Source: Nitrosopumilus sp. (GTDB lineage Archaea > Thermoproteota > Nitrososphaeria > Nitrososphaerales > Nitrosopumilaceae). Taken from it: a stretch of DNA of 64,000 nt. Location: the NCBI GenBank assembly GCA_965224195.1, contig OZ245040.1, forward strand, positions 960,001 through 1,024,000, given 5' to 3'. Below the pieces are notes generated by a model, which had not been told where the DNA came from, made no database searches, and saw nothing but the letters and a program-made list of their open reading frames with translations. The position numbers and the translations under genes are program-made. Shown in pieces: positions 9,182 to 18,528 of the stretch; the first letter of the stretch is position 1, and each line of letters starts with the position of its first letter.

Positions 9182-9862
9182 TTAAAGGTACCTTAACATA
9201 AAAAAGAAAATTGTGCCAAATATTACAACAAAACTTATGATTTTTAGAATTACTTCATTTTTGTAATATGTTTTCTGATTTTCTTTTTTTAGTCGTTTAT
9301 ATTTTCTAGATGTAACTATCAAAATATAACTTGCAAAACCCGCAATTGTAGAAAAAATAATGGTTTCACCCGTTATGGAATTAGATTGAATTACAGCTCC
9401 TGCAAAAACAGGTAAAATTCCCCAGGAAATTACAAATGATAAATTGTTGTGAAATTTACCGCGAAATAATTCAAGATTATATGCAAAAAGAAAAAACCCT
9501 TCTGCTATTCCTATTGGAATTAGTAACCAAGAGTCTAAAAATGCGTAATACAGTCCGATAGAAAAAGATATGATTAAAAAAATTATTGCTGTTGACCATA
9601 GCTTTGAATGTGATATGTCTCCCCAAGGCTTTTTCTTACTTCCTACTGCATCAAGACAATGTGCTGATATACCAATTGCAAAAAAATAGAGTAAACCAAT
9701 GGATACTAATCTATCCAGACTAAATTCTACTGAAAGAGAGCCCCATATGGCAAATGATACCACCATTCCAGTATATGGTAGAAATAAAATCCCTATTGAC
9801 AATCTAAAATTTCGAGAACCAAATTTTGGGACAAACCATTCAGATAATCTGTCTTCTGGCAT
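9182..9862 (-). CDS. Integral membrane protein, UbiA-like topology
   Basis: About 7 hydrophobic helices; LPYTGMV, AHCLD and AYNLELF.GKFH; canonical Asp-rich motifs absent. Confidence 0.55.
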   Translation of the reverse strand: MPEDRLSEWFVPKFGSRNFRLSIGILFLPYTGMVVSFAIWGSLSVEFSLDRLVSIGLLYFFAIGISAHCLDAVGSKKKPWGDISHSKLWSTAIIFLIISFSIGLYYAFLDSWLLIPIGIAEGFFLFAYNLELFRGKFHNNLSFVISWGILPVFAGAVIQSNSITGETIIFSTIAGFASYILIVTSRKYKRLKKENQKTYYKNEVILKIISFVVIFGTIFFFMLRYL

Positions 9863-10280
9863 TACTTTTTAATAATAATCTTACATTAAATGATTTGAAT
9901 CCAAAAATACTTCAAGCCTTCATGATTTGATTAAAAGTCCACCATGGTATCGGTCAATTACTGATTTTTCCATGATCCCTATTAACAAATTATTCATACA
10001 CTCTTTGAAGACTGTTGAATATTGAAACACAAATCAAAACATTAGACTCCGAAATGGAGTTTCTTTTCAAAGCTACTAATGATATTTTGATAAAAATTAA
10101 ACAACAAACCACTGGATTATCAAAATAAATCTACACAATCAAATCAATCTGTTTGAATCTATTTCAAAGATTTGTAAAAATCATCCATTATCTGTGAATT
10201 AACCTTATTGGCAGATCTTGTAAAGTCCAGTAAATTCATTTTCTGTAAAACTCTAATAATTCATAATATGACAAATATCA

Positions 10281-10643
10281 TTGGATTATGAAAAATTCTG
10301 CTCTCAAATTTTAGATGTAGACCCTAAGATTCGATTTGCCACAGTATTTGATGAATGGTCAGTTAAAGTAGGCGGTGGAATGAGAGATGGCGTGGAGAGT
10401 TTACTCTCAGAGCGTGCATCAAAAGAACTTGTCAATCTTGCAACCTTTGATTGGAAATCTAGAAAAGATATATCTAAAATGCTAGGGAAAACCAAATACA
10501 CTTTAGCCGAATATGAAACAATTAAGCGTTTTTCATTTTACCTTGGTGATGATTATTTACTTCTTGTAAGTGCTGAAAAAGACTGTGATACTAATCTTGT
10601 AGTTAATCAAGTAATCAAACTTTATTACAAAAATCAAGAATGA
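10281..10643 (+). CDS. Thaumarchaeal roadblock/longin-like protein (DUF6659-like)
   Basis: DPKIRFATV...GGMR, LGKTKYTLAEY and LLVSAE pattern. Confidence 0.65.
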   Translation: MDYEKFCSQILDVDPKIRFATVFDEWSVKVGGGMRDGVESLLSERASKELVNLATFDWKSRKDISKMLGKTKYTLAEYETIKRFSFYLGDDYLLLVSAEKDCDTNLVVNQVIKLYYKNQE

Positions 10644-10695
10644 TACTTTGAAAACCAACTTGAATCTTTTTATGAGTAAACAATAAACTAGTATT

Positions 10696-11211
10696 GTGGA
10701 ATTAAAATCAGAAAAATCCATTAAGGAATACCTGAAAAAATTACCTGATGATACTATAATCAAATATTATCTTGATGTAGAGTATAGTCCATTTCCAATA
10801 CTGGTCATTGAAGAGTATACTAGACGATTTAAAAGAAAAACCAAAAATGAAATTATTAAAGATCTTAAATTACAATCTCGTTTTGCCAAAAAGAAAACCA
10901 AAGAAATAGGTTCTATGGCTAAAAAGCACAAGCTAGTTGATGACGTTACAAGAAAAAAATCTGAAGAAATAATCAAACAAGCAAAGAAGAAAGGCTACAA
11001 AATAAGTAAAAAATTAGCTTCAAAGGGAAGTATTTTGGGTTCTAAATTAAAAAGGAAAACAAAATCTACGCTAAAATCTGGAAGAAATCTAAAATCCTCA
11101 TCAAGTAAAGATCTTGATTTATTGAAAAAGCTTGGAGATTTACAAAAGGCAGGAATAATCACCAAGAAAGAATTTGAAGAAAAGAAGAAAAAGATCCTTT
11201 CTAAAATTTAG
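10696..11211 (+). CDS. Basic protein with C-terminal SHOCT domain
   Basis: LKKLGDLQKAGIITKKEFEEKKKKIL. Confidence 0.8.
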   Translation: MELKSEKSIKEYLKKLPDDTIIKYYLDVEYSPFPILVIEEYTRRFKRKTKNEIIKDLKLQSRFAKKKTKEIGSMAKKHKLVDDVTRKKSEEIIKQAKKKGYKISKKLASKGSILGSKLKRKTKSTLKSGRNLKSSSSKDLDLLKKLGDLQKAGIITKKEFEEKKKKILSKI

Positions 11212-11214
11212 AAT

Positions 11215-12303
11215 ATGACACTCCTTTCTCAATTTTTGCTATTTGGAATTTTTACAACGTCTGTATTATTTTTAGTAGATTTGCCTTTTGCAGAGGCAAC
11301 TCAGGCTGAAGGAAAATCAGGATGGGTAGTAATGTCAGACAAAGTTTGTGGAGATAAATTATGCTCCGAAATTACTTCTGTTTCTGAAAATCCTACTTTT
11401 TCATCTATCGCATATTTTCCTCCTCCTTTAATTCAAATTTCGCAAGGTGTTGATCCTTCTAACATAACATGTACTGAAGGGAAAGTATTGGTTCTAAAAC
11501 AATCAAATGGATTACCTGCATGTGTGAATCCCTCAAGTATTGAGACACTAATTACAAGAGGTTGGGCAATTCATGTTTTAGCTGATTATACAAATAAAAA
11601 TAATAATTCTGAAATATTTGCACTAGGGGAATTTACTGTAACATCTGAAACTGTAACTTATTTTGAGGATGTATCTGGATATTTAGCAAAACCTGTTGAT
11701 GATGGAAATCACCCTGGAGTTATAATGATTCATGAATGGTGGGGATTAAATGATAACATCAAAGAGATGGCAGACAAACTTGCATCTCATGGATATGTAG
11801 TACTAGCTGTTGATCTTTATGATGGAAAAGTTGCAACAACTTCTAATCAAGCACGACAACTAATTACATCATTTGATTCTGAATATGGGATACAAAACAT
11901 GAATTCTGCGGTTTCATTATTGAGTAATGATTATTCTGCAAACACCGTAGGTTCAATTGGTTGGTGTTTTGGCGGTGGTCAATCTCTAAACCTTGCACTT
12001 GATAATAATGAAATGGATGCTACCGTAATTTACTACGGTTCACTTGTAACAAATTCTGAAAACCTCTCTTCTATTGATTGGCCTGTTCTTGGAATATTTG
12101 CTGAATTAGATAAAGGAATTCCAGTTGCCACTGTCAATGAATTTGAATCGGTATTAAATGAAATAGGTGTAGACAATCAAATTTACATCTATGATGGTGT
12201 TGATCATGCTTTTGCTAACCCTTCTGGAGAACGATATGCCCCTGAAGAATCAAAATCTGCTTGGGACCAAACCCTCTCCTTTTTAGAATTAAATTTAAAA
12301 TAA
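11215..12303 (+). CDS. Secreted dienelactone hydrolase-family protein with N-terminal disulfide modules
   Basis: Signal peptide (..PFAEA); IHEWWGLN, GWCFGG and DHAFANP; VCGDKLC and PPLIQ..C..ACV..LITRGW modules. Confidence 0.88.
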   Translation: MTLLSQFLLFGIFTTSVLFLVDLPFAEATQAEGKSGWVVMSDKVCGDKLCSEITSVSENPTFSSIAYFPPPLIQISQGVDPSNITCTEGKVLVLKQSNGLPACVNPSSIETLITRGWAIHVLADYTNKNNNSEIFALGEFTVTSETVTYFEDVSGYLAKPVDDGNHPGVIMIHEWWGLNDNIKEMADKLASHGYVVLAVDLYDGKVATTSNQARQLITSFDSEYGIQNMNSAVSLLSNDYSANTVGSIGWCFGGGQSLNLALDNNEMDATVIYYGSLVTNSENLSSIDWPVLGIFAELDKGIPVATVNEFESVLNEIGVDNQIYIYDGVDHAFANPSGERYAPEESKSAWDQTLSFLELNLK

Positions 12304-12363
12304 TTTAAAAGAAAAGTTATTTGGATATGAAGATCTTAAATATTATAATTCTTTAAACAAACA

Positions 12364-12762
12364 ATGGATCGTGAAGATTTCAGCTATTCCTCTATCAAAA
12401 TTCAAGATATTATGACTAAGGCATTAATCACTGTTAATCGTTCTACCACTGCATTACAAGTAGCAAAAATGATGGAACAAGGCGGAATAGGTGCAGTATT
12501 TGTACAAGATAATGGTAATCCTGTGGGAATTGTAATTGACAGAGATTATGCAACAAGAATTGCTGCAAATGATCTTCCTCTTGCCACTGCTGTAGAACAC
12601 ATAATGTCTACTCCTTTGATCACTATTAATCACAATGAACCAATTTCTGCTGCAGCAGAAAGAATGACCACTAAAAAAATTAGAAAACTGGCTGTTACTG
12701 AAAATGGTAAAATCGTTGGTGTAATTACATCCAGTGATTTAGTAACTCAATTAGCAAAATAA
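12364..12762 (+). CDS. CBS-pair domain protein
   Basis: IQDIMTK..ITV, VGIV.DRD, IRKLAV and VGVITSSDL. Confidence 0.9.
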   Translation: MDREDFSYSSIKIQDIMTKALITVNRSTTALQVAKMMEQGGIGAVFVQDNGNPVGIVIDRDYATRIAANDLPLATAVEHIMSTPLITINHNEPISAAAERMTTKKIRKLAVTENGKIVGVITSSDLVTQLAK

Positions 12763-13188
12763 CTAGAAAGTTTTTGTCTTTCTAAGAAAAACTGTAACTG
12801 ATGTCATGTAGCATCCTGTTGCAATAACTTCTGAAATTAGTGATGCCAAGTATGGTTCAATTCTAATTTCTAAAAAGTAATACAATGTTGGTCATCTTAT
12901 TCCAAGATAAATTATCTCACCTATTCCAAATAATGAAATCAAAGCTAACAGTTCTTTTTTAATTAAATTTGATTTCATAGACTTGTAACGATCTTTATTA
13001 TCGAAATAAAACAAGATTGAAAAAATTCCAAAGTAAATGATGTAACCAATAATTATTGTAATTGTTGTGTTTAGATAATTTTCTTGTTCTTCTAATAATT
13101 GAGCAGCTACTGCTGATAATGATGCTGAAATAATAAAACAAATGAGAAAGTTTCTGTTAATTTGTAATAATTGTGAATTTAATTTCAT
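12763..13188 (-). pseudogene. GtrA-like 4-TM membrane protein with an internal TGA
   Basis: Start MKLNSQLL at 13188; TGA at 12894-12892 (IR*PTLYYFLE); frame continues as hydrophobic sequence to TAG at 12765-12763. Confidence 0.7.
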
Positions 13189-13236
13189 GATGTGTCTTTG
13201 GTAACTGTTATTTTGAATCATCTCATAAACCAAACT

Positions 13237-13791
13237 ATGAAAAAAAGATGTGAATGGGCAAAAGATGAACCTAACACCACATACCATGATGAAGAATGGG
13301 GAACCCCACAACATGATGATCAAAAATTATTTGAATTTCTAATATTGGAGGGGGCTCAGGCTGGCCTTTCATGGGTGACTATCCTCAAGAGGCGAGATGG
13401 GTATAGGAAGGTATTTTCAAATTTTGACCCCAAAAAAGTGGCAAAATACTCTCAAAAACGTGTTGGAAAGATGCTTTTAGACGAATCAATAATTCGTAAT
13501 AGACTCAAGGTAAATTCTGCAATTAACAATGCAAAACAATTCCTAAAAATCCAATCAGAATTTGGCACTTTTGATAGTTATTTGTGGGGATTTGTAAATC
13601 ATAAACAAATTAAAAATAAATTTAAAAAAATATCTGATTTACCTGCAACTAGTGAGATTTCTGAAAAATTAAGTAAAGATCTTAAAAAACGTGGTTTTAA
13701 TTTTGTAGGCCCTACAATTTGCTATGCATTAATGCAAGCAACAGGTATGGTAAATGATCACACTTCTAATTGTTATTTGTACAAAAAATAA
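13237..13791 (+). CDS. tag: DNA-3-methyladenine glycosylase I
   Basis: RCEWA..YHDEEWG, LEGAQAGLSW, FVGPTICYA and NDH...C. Confidence 0.95.
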   Translation: MKKRCEWAKDEPNTTYHDEEWGTPQHDDQKLFEFLILEGAQAGLSWVTILKRRDGYRKVFSNFDPKKVAKYSQKRVGKMLLDESIIRNRLKVNSAINNAKQFLKIQSEFGTFDSYLWGFVNHKQIKNKFKKISDLPATSEISEKLSKDLKKRGFNFVGPTICYALMQATGMVNDHTSNCYLYKK

Positions 13792-13821
13792 TTTTTAAGG
13801 CAGAGTATTTTTCATTTAATC

Positions 13822-14187
13822 ATGGCTGAAGGAAAATTTGCAACATCTGTATCTTGTATGGATGGAAGAATTCAGATTCCATTAAACAAATGGATTAAAG
13901 ACCATTTTTCAGCAGACTATGTCGATACAATAACTGAACCTGGAGTAGATAAAACCATTACAGATATGGTTGAATCAATTAAAACAAAAATTGGAATTTC
14001 TATCAATGCTCATAAATCTGAACTAGTTGTTGTATCAGGTCACTATGATTGCGCTGCAAATCCTGTATCTGATGAAGAGCATATTACTCAAATTAAAAAT
14101 GCAGTAGAAGTAATTTCTTCATGGAATTTTAATGCCAAGATTATTGGTGTCTGGGTTGATGGTTCTTGGAATATAGTCCTTGTTTGA
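13822..14187 (+). CDS. Putative beta-class-like carbonic anhydrase
   Basis: CMDGR and GHYDC Zn-ligand motifs. Confidence 0.75.
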   Translation: MAEGKFATSVSCMDGRIQIPLNKWIKDHFSADYVDTITEPGVDKTITDMVESIKTKIGISINAHKSELVVVSGHYDCAANPVSDEEHITQIKNAVEVISSWNFNAKIIGVWVDGSWNIVLV

Positions 14188-14191
14188 TACA

Positions 14192-15457
14192 ATGAATCAA
14201 AAATTATCTAGATTTTTCAAAACTGCAGGACCTGGTATTTTGTTTGCTAGTACTGCTATTGGCGTTTCACATCTAATTCAATCCACAAGAGCTGGTGCTG
14301 ACTTTGGTTTGTTGATTATGGGCTTTGTAATTTTAGCCATAATATTGAAATATCCTTTCTTTGAATATGGTTCCCGTTATGCTAATTCTACACAAACAAG
14401 TATTATTGATGGTTACAAAAAACTAGGCAAACCTGCATTGTGGTTGTATTTCATTTTAATAATCACTTCAATGTTTTTTGTTACAGGTGCAGTAGGATTT
14501 GTTACTGCGGGATTTTTTGAAAATCTTTTTGGAATTGGTTTTTTAGGTGAATGGACTGTAGTCATTTTATTTGCTATCTGTGTTGTAATATTGGTAATTG
14601 GAAAATATAATGCTCTTGATGGTTTGATCAAAATTGTTGCAATAGTGATGTTGGTATCTACTGTAACTGCTTTTCTTCTTGTTTTATACAATGGACCGAT
14701 AGAACCTGTTGAAGGATTTACGCCAAAAGATTTGCTAACTGTATCTGGTATTTTCTTTTTGTTGGCATTAATGGGATGGATGCCTGCACCCTTAGAGATA
14801 TCTAGTTGGAATAGTTTGTGGACATTAGAACGAATTAAACAATCAAACTACAAACCTCGATTGAAAGAAACTATATTTGAATTTAAATTTGCATATTTCC
14901 TTACAGGTGTTCTTACAATAATGTTTGTAACTTTAGGTTCTTACATTTTTTTTGGGTCTGGAGAAGAACTTCCAAATAACAATGCTCAATTTGCACATGA
15001 AGTAGTTACGTTATACACTCAAACTATTGGGGATTGGAGCCACGTCATAATTTCGGCTTCAGCTTTTGCAATAATGTTTGGGACTATTATTGCAGTATTT
15101 GACGGATATTCTAGGTCTTTGAAAAGAACTATTGAGCTCCTTTTTACTCAAAATGAAAATATCTCAGGCATAAAATCTAGAATTTTGTATGTTGTTCTTC
15201 TCTTGATAATTGCTATTGGCTCACTAGTTGTAATATTTCAGTTTGGTAATAATCTCAAAGCCTTAGTAGATTTTGCTACTGTTTTGTCTTTTGTTGTTGC
15301 ACCTATAATTGCTATTTTTAATTTTAGATTAGTTACTGGAAAATACCTTCCAAAATTAGACCATCCATCTATAATTATGAAAATTACTAGTGTTGCAGGA
15401 ATTATATTTTTAATTGGGTTTGCATTATTATTTTTAATAATCAAGTTTTCTTCTTAA
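14192..15457 (+). CDS. NRAMP-like (APC superfamily) membrane transporter
   Basis: GPGILFASTAIGVSHLIQSTRAGA; about 11 TM helices. Confidence 0.8.
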   Translation: MNQKLSRFFKTAGPGILFASTAIGVSHLIQSTRAGADFGLLIMGFVILAIILKYPFFEYGSRYANSTQTSIIDGYKKLGKPALWLYFILIITSMFFVTGAVGFVTAGFFENLFGIGFLGEWTVVILFAICVVILVIGKYNALDGLIKIVAIVMLVSTVTAFLLVLYNGPIEPVEGFTPKDLLTVSGIFFLLALMGWMPAPLEISSWNSLWTLERIKQSNYKPRLKETIFEFKFAYFLTGVLTIMFVTLGSYIFFGSGEELPNNNAQFAHEVVTLYTQTIGDWSHVIISASAFAIMFGTIIAVFDGYSRSLKRTIELLFTQNENISGIKSRILYVVLLLIIAIGSLVVIFQFGNNLKALVDFATVLSFVVAPIIAIFNFRLVTGKYLPKLDHPSIIMKITSVAGIIFLIGFALLFLIIKFSS

Positions 15458-15532
15458 TCCTTTAAATTTAATAAAAAACCTACAACTAAAAACAATTAAA
15501 CACATTAAAGAGATTTGATAAGAATACACATA

Positions 15533-16213
15533 ATGAAAATATTTACGGTGTTTGGAATAATTTTAATTGCTGGTTTTGGATTATCATTTACCGTTTTTGC
15601 TGAAGACTCTTCAATTCCTGATTGGGTAAAAAATAATGCAAAGTGGTGGTCTGAAGGAACAATTAGTGAATCTGATTATATTACGTCTTTAGAATACTTG
15701 ATTCAAAATGGAATGATTGATTTACCAACTCTAATTACTGAAGTGACTGCTTCTCAAACTATGTATTCTGAAGAAGAACGCGCACAATCCTTTAGAGTTA
15801 CAATTTCAAATATTGTAGAACCATTACCTGTACACTTTTTTGAAAAATTTGAATTAACCTCATCTACTACAGGTGATGCTGATGATCCACGTGGAAGAAT
15901 GTATGAATTTCGTGATTCCCCAAAATTTTTCTTAGAGTCCATTCCTAGTACTGATAAAAAACTATTTTATGATTTTGTATCTGACTGGATGGATAGAGGG
16001 AATTTACTAAATGAATTTGATGTGGATGTAACTGTGCTTGATGGAACTGGTGCTGAAATTCAAACCTGGGCTTTTACTACTTGTGAGATTACAAATTATG
16101 GGACATATCTTCAAGATACTATATTTATCTACCAATTCTCTGGTGAACAAGACTCTGAAATTAGAGATAGGACAAGTTTTTCTTGTGCTGGTATACCTCT
16201 TGAAACTCTATAA
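15533..16213 (+). CDS. Secreted protein: thaumarchaeal IPDWVKNNAKWW module plus beta-rich C-terminal domain
   Basis: Signal peptide (..TVFAE); IPDWVKNNAKWWSEGTISESDYITSLEYLIQNG. Confidence 0.8.
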   Translation: MKIFTVFGIILIAGFGLSFTVFAEDSSIPDWVKNNAKWWSEGTISESDYITSLEYLIQNGMIDLPTLITEVTASQTMYSEEERAQSFRVTISNIVEPLPVHFFEKFELTSSTTGDADDPRGRMYEFRDSPKFFLESIPSTDKKLFYDFVSDWMDRGNLLNEFDVDVTVLDGTGAEIQTWAFTTCEITNYGTYLQDTIFIYQFSGEQDSEIRDRTSFSCAGIPLETL

Positions 16214-16260
16214 TTTTAGCAAGTTATTTTAATACATACAAATCAAGTATGTTATCCGTC

Positions 16261-16776
16261 ATGAAACTTTCTCCTAAAATGAAAAAAGCCCTAAATGATC
16301 AAGTGACTCTTGAAGCATCTGCTGCAAACAGCTATTTGGCAATGGCATCTTGGTGTGAAGTAACAGGGTATCAAGGAGCTGCAAATTACTTTTACGTCCA
16401 ATCTGATGAAGAGCGAACTCATATGCTAAAAATTGTACATTATCTTAACTCACTTGGTATAATTGCAACAATCCCTGCAACAAAAGCTCCATCTGGTTCT
16501 TACAAATCCCTTGAAGTACTAATCAATACTGCACTAAAAAATGAACAAGCAGTAACTAAAGCAATTCATAACATGGTGGAGATTGCACAAAAAGAAAAAG
16601 ATCATTCGACATATGTTTTTCTAGAATGGTTTGTGAATGAACAAGTACAAGAAGAAACAAAGTTTGAAACAATATTACAAAAGTTTGATCTTCTTGGTCG
16701 AGATAAATTAGGAATAAATGAAATTGACAAATTCCTTGCTACAGAGGCTACTGCACCTGCAGATCCTGTCGCATAA
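16261..16776 (+). CDS. ftnA: Ferritin
   Basis: LNDQVTLE, EERTHM and FLEWFVNEQVQEE ferroxidase residues. Confidence 0.92.
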   Translation: MKLSPKMKKALNDQVTLEASAANSYLAMASWCEVTGYQGAANYFYVQSDEERTHMLKIVHYLNSLGIIATIPATKAPSGSYKSLEVLINTALKNEQAVTKAIHNMVEIAQKEKDHSTYVFLEWFVNEQVQEETKFETILQKFDLLGRDKLGINEIDKFLATEATAPADPVA

Positions 16777-16818
16777 ATTTTCTAAAATAATTAATACCTC
16801 GTCATTTTCAACTCTTTC

Positions 16819-17151
16819 ATGACAGTTATTGTAACTAGAAAGCCAGGTGGTATGACTCAACTATTCAATACTGAAACTGGTAGAGTTACCTACAAGTGCA
16901 GGGCAGAATCAGCATTTATGCTAATTGAAGCCTTTGGAGGAATTGTAAAATTCAATCAAAAAGGAGCTATAGCTACTGTCACTGGGCATATTACTGAACT
17001 TGAATCCTGCGATGTAATTAAGAAAGGACATTCAGAATACAAAGAAGCATTGATTGCTATTGTCACAGCACACAAAGAATTTACACAAAACGTTTCTGAT
17101 TCATATCAAAAAGAAATTAAGGAACTTGAAAACAAACTATCTGCTCTTTAA
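16819..17151 (+). CDS. Hypothetical protein
   Basis: 110-aa ORF with ATG and AT-rich upstream region. Confidence 0.65.
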   Translation: MTVIVTRKPGGMTQLFNTETGRVTYKCRAESAFMLIEAFGGIVKFNQKGAIATVTGHITELESCDVIKKGHSEYKEALIAIVTAHKEFTQNVSDSYQKEIKELENKLSAL

Positions 17152-17184
17152 TTTTAGTACATAAAAAAATTCTACAAAATTACT

Positions 17185-17358
17185 TTAACCATAAATCATA
17201 CAGTGTTCGCATTCACAAACTTCTTGTTCTTTTGATTTCTTTAGGCATTTTTTGTGTTGACCTGCTTGGCATTGTACACAAACTTCTTCAATGTTCTCAA
17301 CACTTGTGTATTTTTTAGACTGATCAAATCCAAATCCTCCATCCTGTGGTCCTACCAT
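17185..17358 (-). CDS. 57-aa Cys/His-rich metal-binding small protein (not in ORF track)
   Basis: MVGPQDGGFGF...CVQCQAGQHKKC...CECEHCMIYG. Confidence 0.7.
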   Translation of the reverse strand: MVGPQDGGFGFDQSKKYTSVENIEEVCVQCQAGQHKKCLKKSKEQEVCECEHCMIYG

Positions 17359-17392
17359 ATGTCTACTAAATTGAGGTTCTATTTCTACTTCA

Positions 17393-17692
17393 CTAATTGA
17401 TTGCTGATTTTATTGCTTCTTGTAAATCTATTTTGTGAGTTTCAATTATTCCTCGTATTTCAAAAGTATCTACGTATCCTCCAGCTGATGCTCTAGTTGC
17501 TTTGAGGAGATAACGTAGAGATCCTTCTTCAATTTTTCCCACATAGTACCCGTAGAGAAAATCTACTTCGTCTTTACATTTCCAAATTTGTTTGATTGCT
17601 GGGAATGTTTGTTTAATTTCAGTGGGAATTTCTAAAATTCTTCTTTGAATGTATTGATCTAATGATTTTCTAATTGTTGAATCTTGTAACAA
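17393..17692 (-). CDS. Hypothetical protein
   Basis: 99-aa ORF with DFLYGYYVGKIEE segment. Confidence 0.65.
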   Translation of the reverse strand: MLQDSTIRKSLDQYIQRRILEIPTEIKQTFPAIKQIWKCKDEVDFLYGYYVGKIEEGSLRYLLKATRASAGGYVDTFEIRGIIETHKIDLQEAIKSAIN

Positions 17693-17720
17693 CTCAAAGT
17701 CTTATTGATGTCCTTGCATT

Positions 17721-17867
17721 TTAGTCCTTTTTCTTTTTATCTTTAACTTCGTCTGGTTTGTCCCACATGTGCATTGTACCTCTAACCATGAATGACCCTA
17801 CAATTATGGCAACCAATCCGGTAACTATGAATAAAAATAATTTTCCAATATCCTTGATACTTGCCAC
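17721..17867 (-). CDS. 48-aa single-TM protein (not in ORF track)
   Basis: GTG start; MASIKDIGKLFLFIVTGLVAIIVGSFMVRG...KDKKKKD. Confidence 0.55.
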   Translation of the reverse strand: MASIKDIGKLFLFIVTGLVAIIVGSFMVRGTMHMWDKPDEVKDKKKKD

Positions 17868-17950
17868 ATTATATTCAGTTAATCTGTCTAATTATAATTG
17901 TCTGAGATGGGCAATTAGATTCAATAGTGAGTTTGAAAAAATCTTCTCAA

Positions 17951-18049
17951 ATGTCTAAAATTAAACAAATTGCAGCCTGGATTGCAATTATTGGTGGCGG
18001 AATTGGATTCTTCTTCTTTTCAATTGAGATGGCTGAATTCATGCGATAG
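17951..18049 (+). CDS. 32-aa single-TM peptide (not in ORF track)
   Basis: MSKIKQIAAWIAIIGGGIGFFFFSIEMAEFMR. Confidence 0.45.
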   Translation: MSKIKQIAAWIAIIGGGIGFFFFSIEMAEFMR

Positions 18050-18087
18050 TGTGAAAACTAAATACATTCAATTTTGAAATATTATTT

Positions 18088-18528
18088 GTGATTACTAAAG
18101 AAATTAAGAATTTTTTAAATTTGCAAAACCTTGGATATGTTGCAACTGTCTCCCATGATAGAAAACCAAACATTTCTCCAAAGGGCACTATTATTGGATG
18201 GTCTTCTGAAACACTTGCTTTTGTAGATATTCGTTCACCTGATACTGTGAAAAATTTGGTTGACAATCCAAATGTGGAAATCAATGTAATTGATCCTCTT
18301 CTTCGTAAAGGATACTTGTTTCAAGGAACTGCTAGACTTTTACAAGATGGTACTCTATACCAAGAAATTCTAAATCATTATAGACAAAATGGAATTAAAA
18401 GTCCAATTAGATCAATCATACTAGTAGATGTTTCCTGCGTGTCTGATGTAATTTCTCCCTTGTATGATCTTGTAATTTCTGAAGATGAAATAAAATCAAA
18501 ATGGCAAAAACATTTTTTCACCCTATGA
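18088..18528 (+). CDS. Pyridoxamine 5'-phosphate oxidase-family FMN-binding protein
   Basis: YVATVS..KPNISPKG, TVKNL..NPNVEI and KGYLFQG. Confidence 0.85.
   Translation: MITKEIKNFLNLQNLGYVATVSHDRKPNISPKGTIIGWSSETLAFVDIRSPDTVKNLVDNPNVEINVIDPLLRKGYLFQGTARLLQDGTLYQEILNHYRQNGIKSPIRSIILVDVSCVSDVISPLYDLVISEDEIKSKWQKHFFTL

Noticed and set aside
12892-12894. In-frame TGA as selenocysteine or genetic-code reassignment
   Set aside because: The context fits a Trp in a membrane protein; TGA ends many genes here and TGG encodes Trp normally; no SECIS-like element noticed.
15533-16213. A complete contractile injection or T6SS locus
   Set aside because: Only one tube-like domain is suspected; no sheath, spike, baseplate or ATPase genes nearby.
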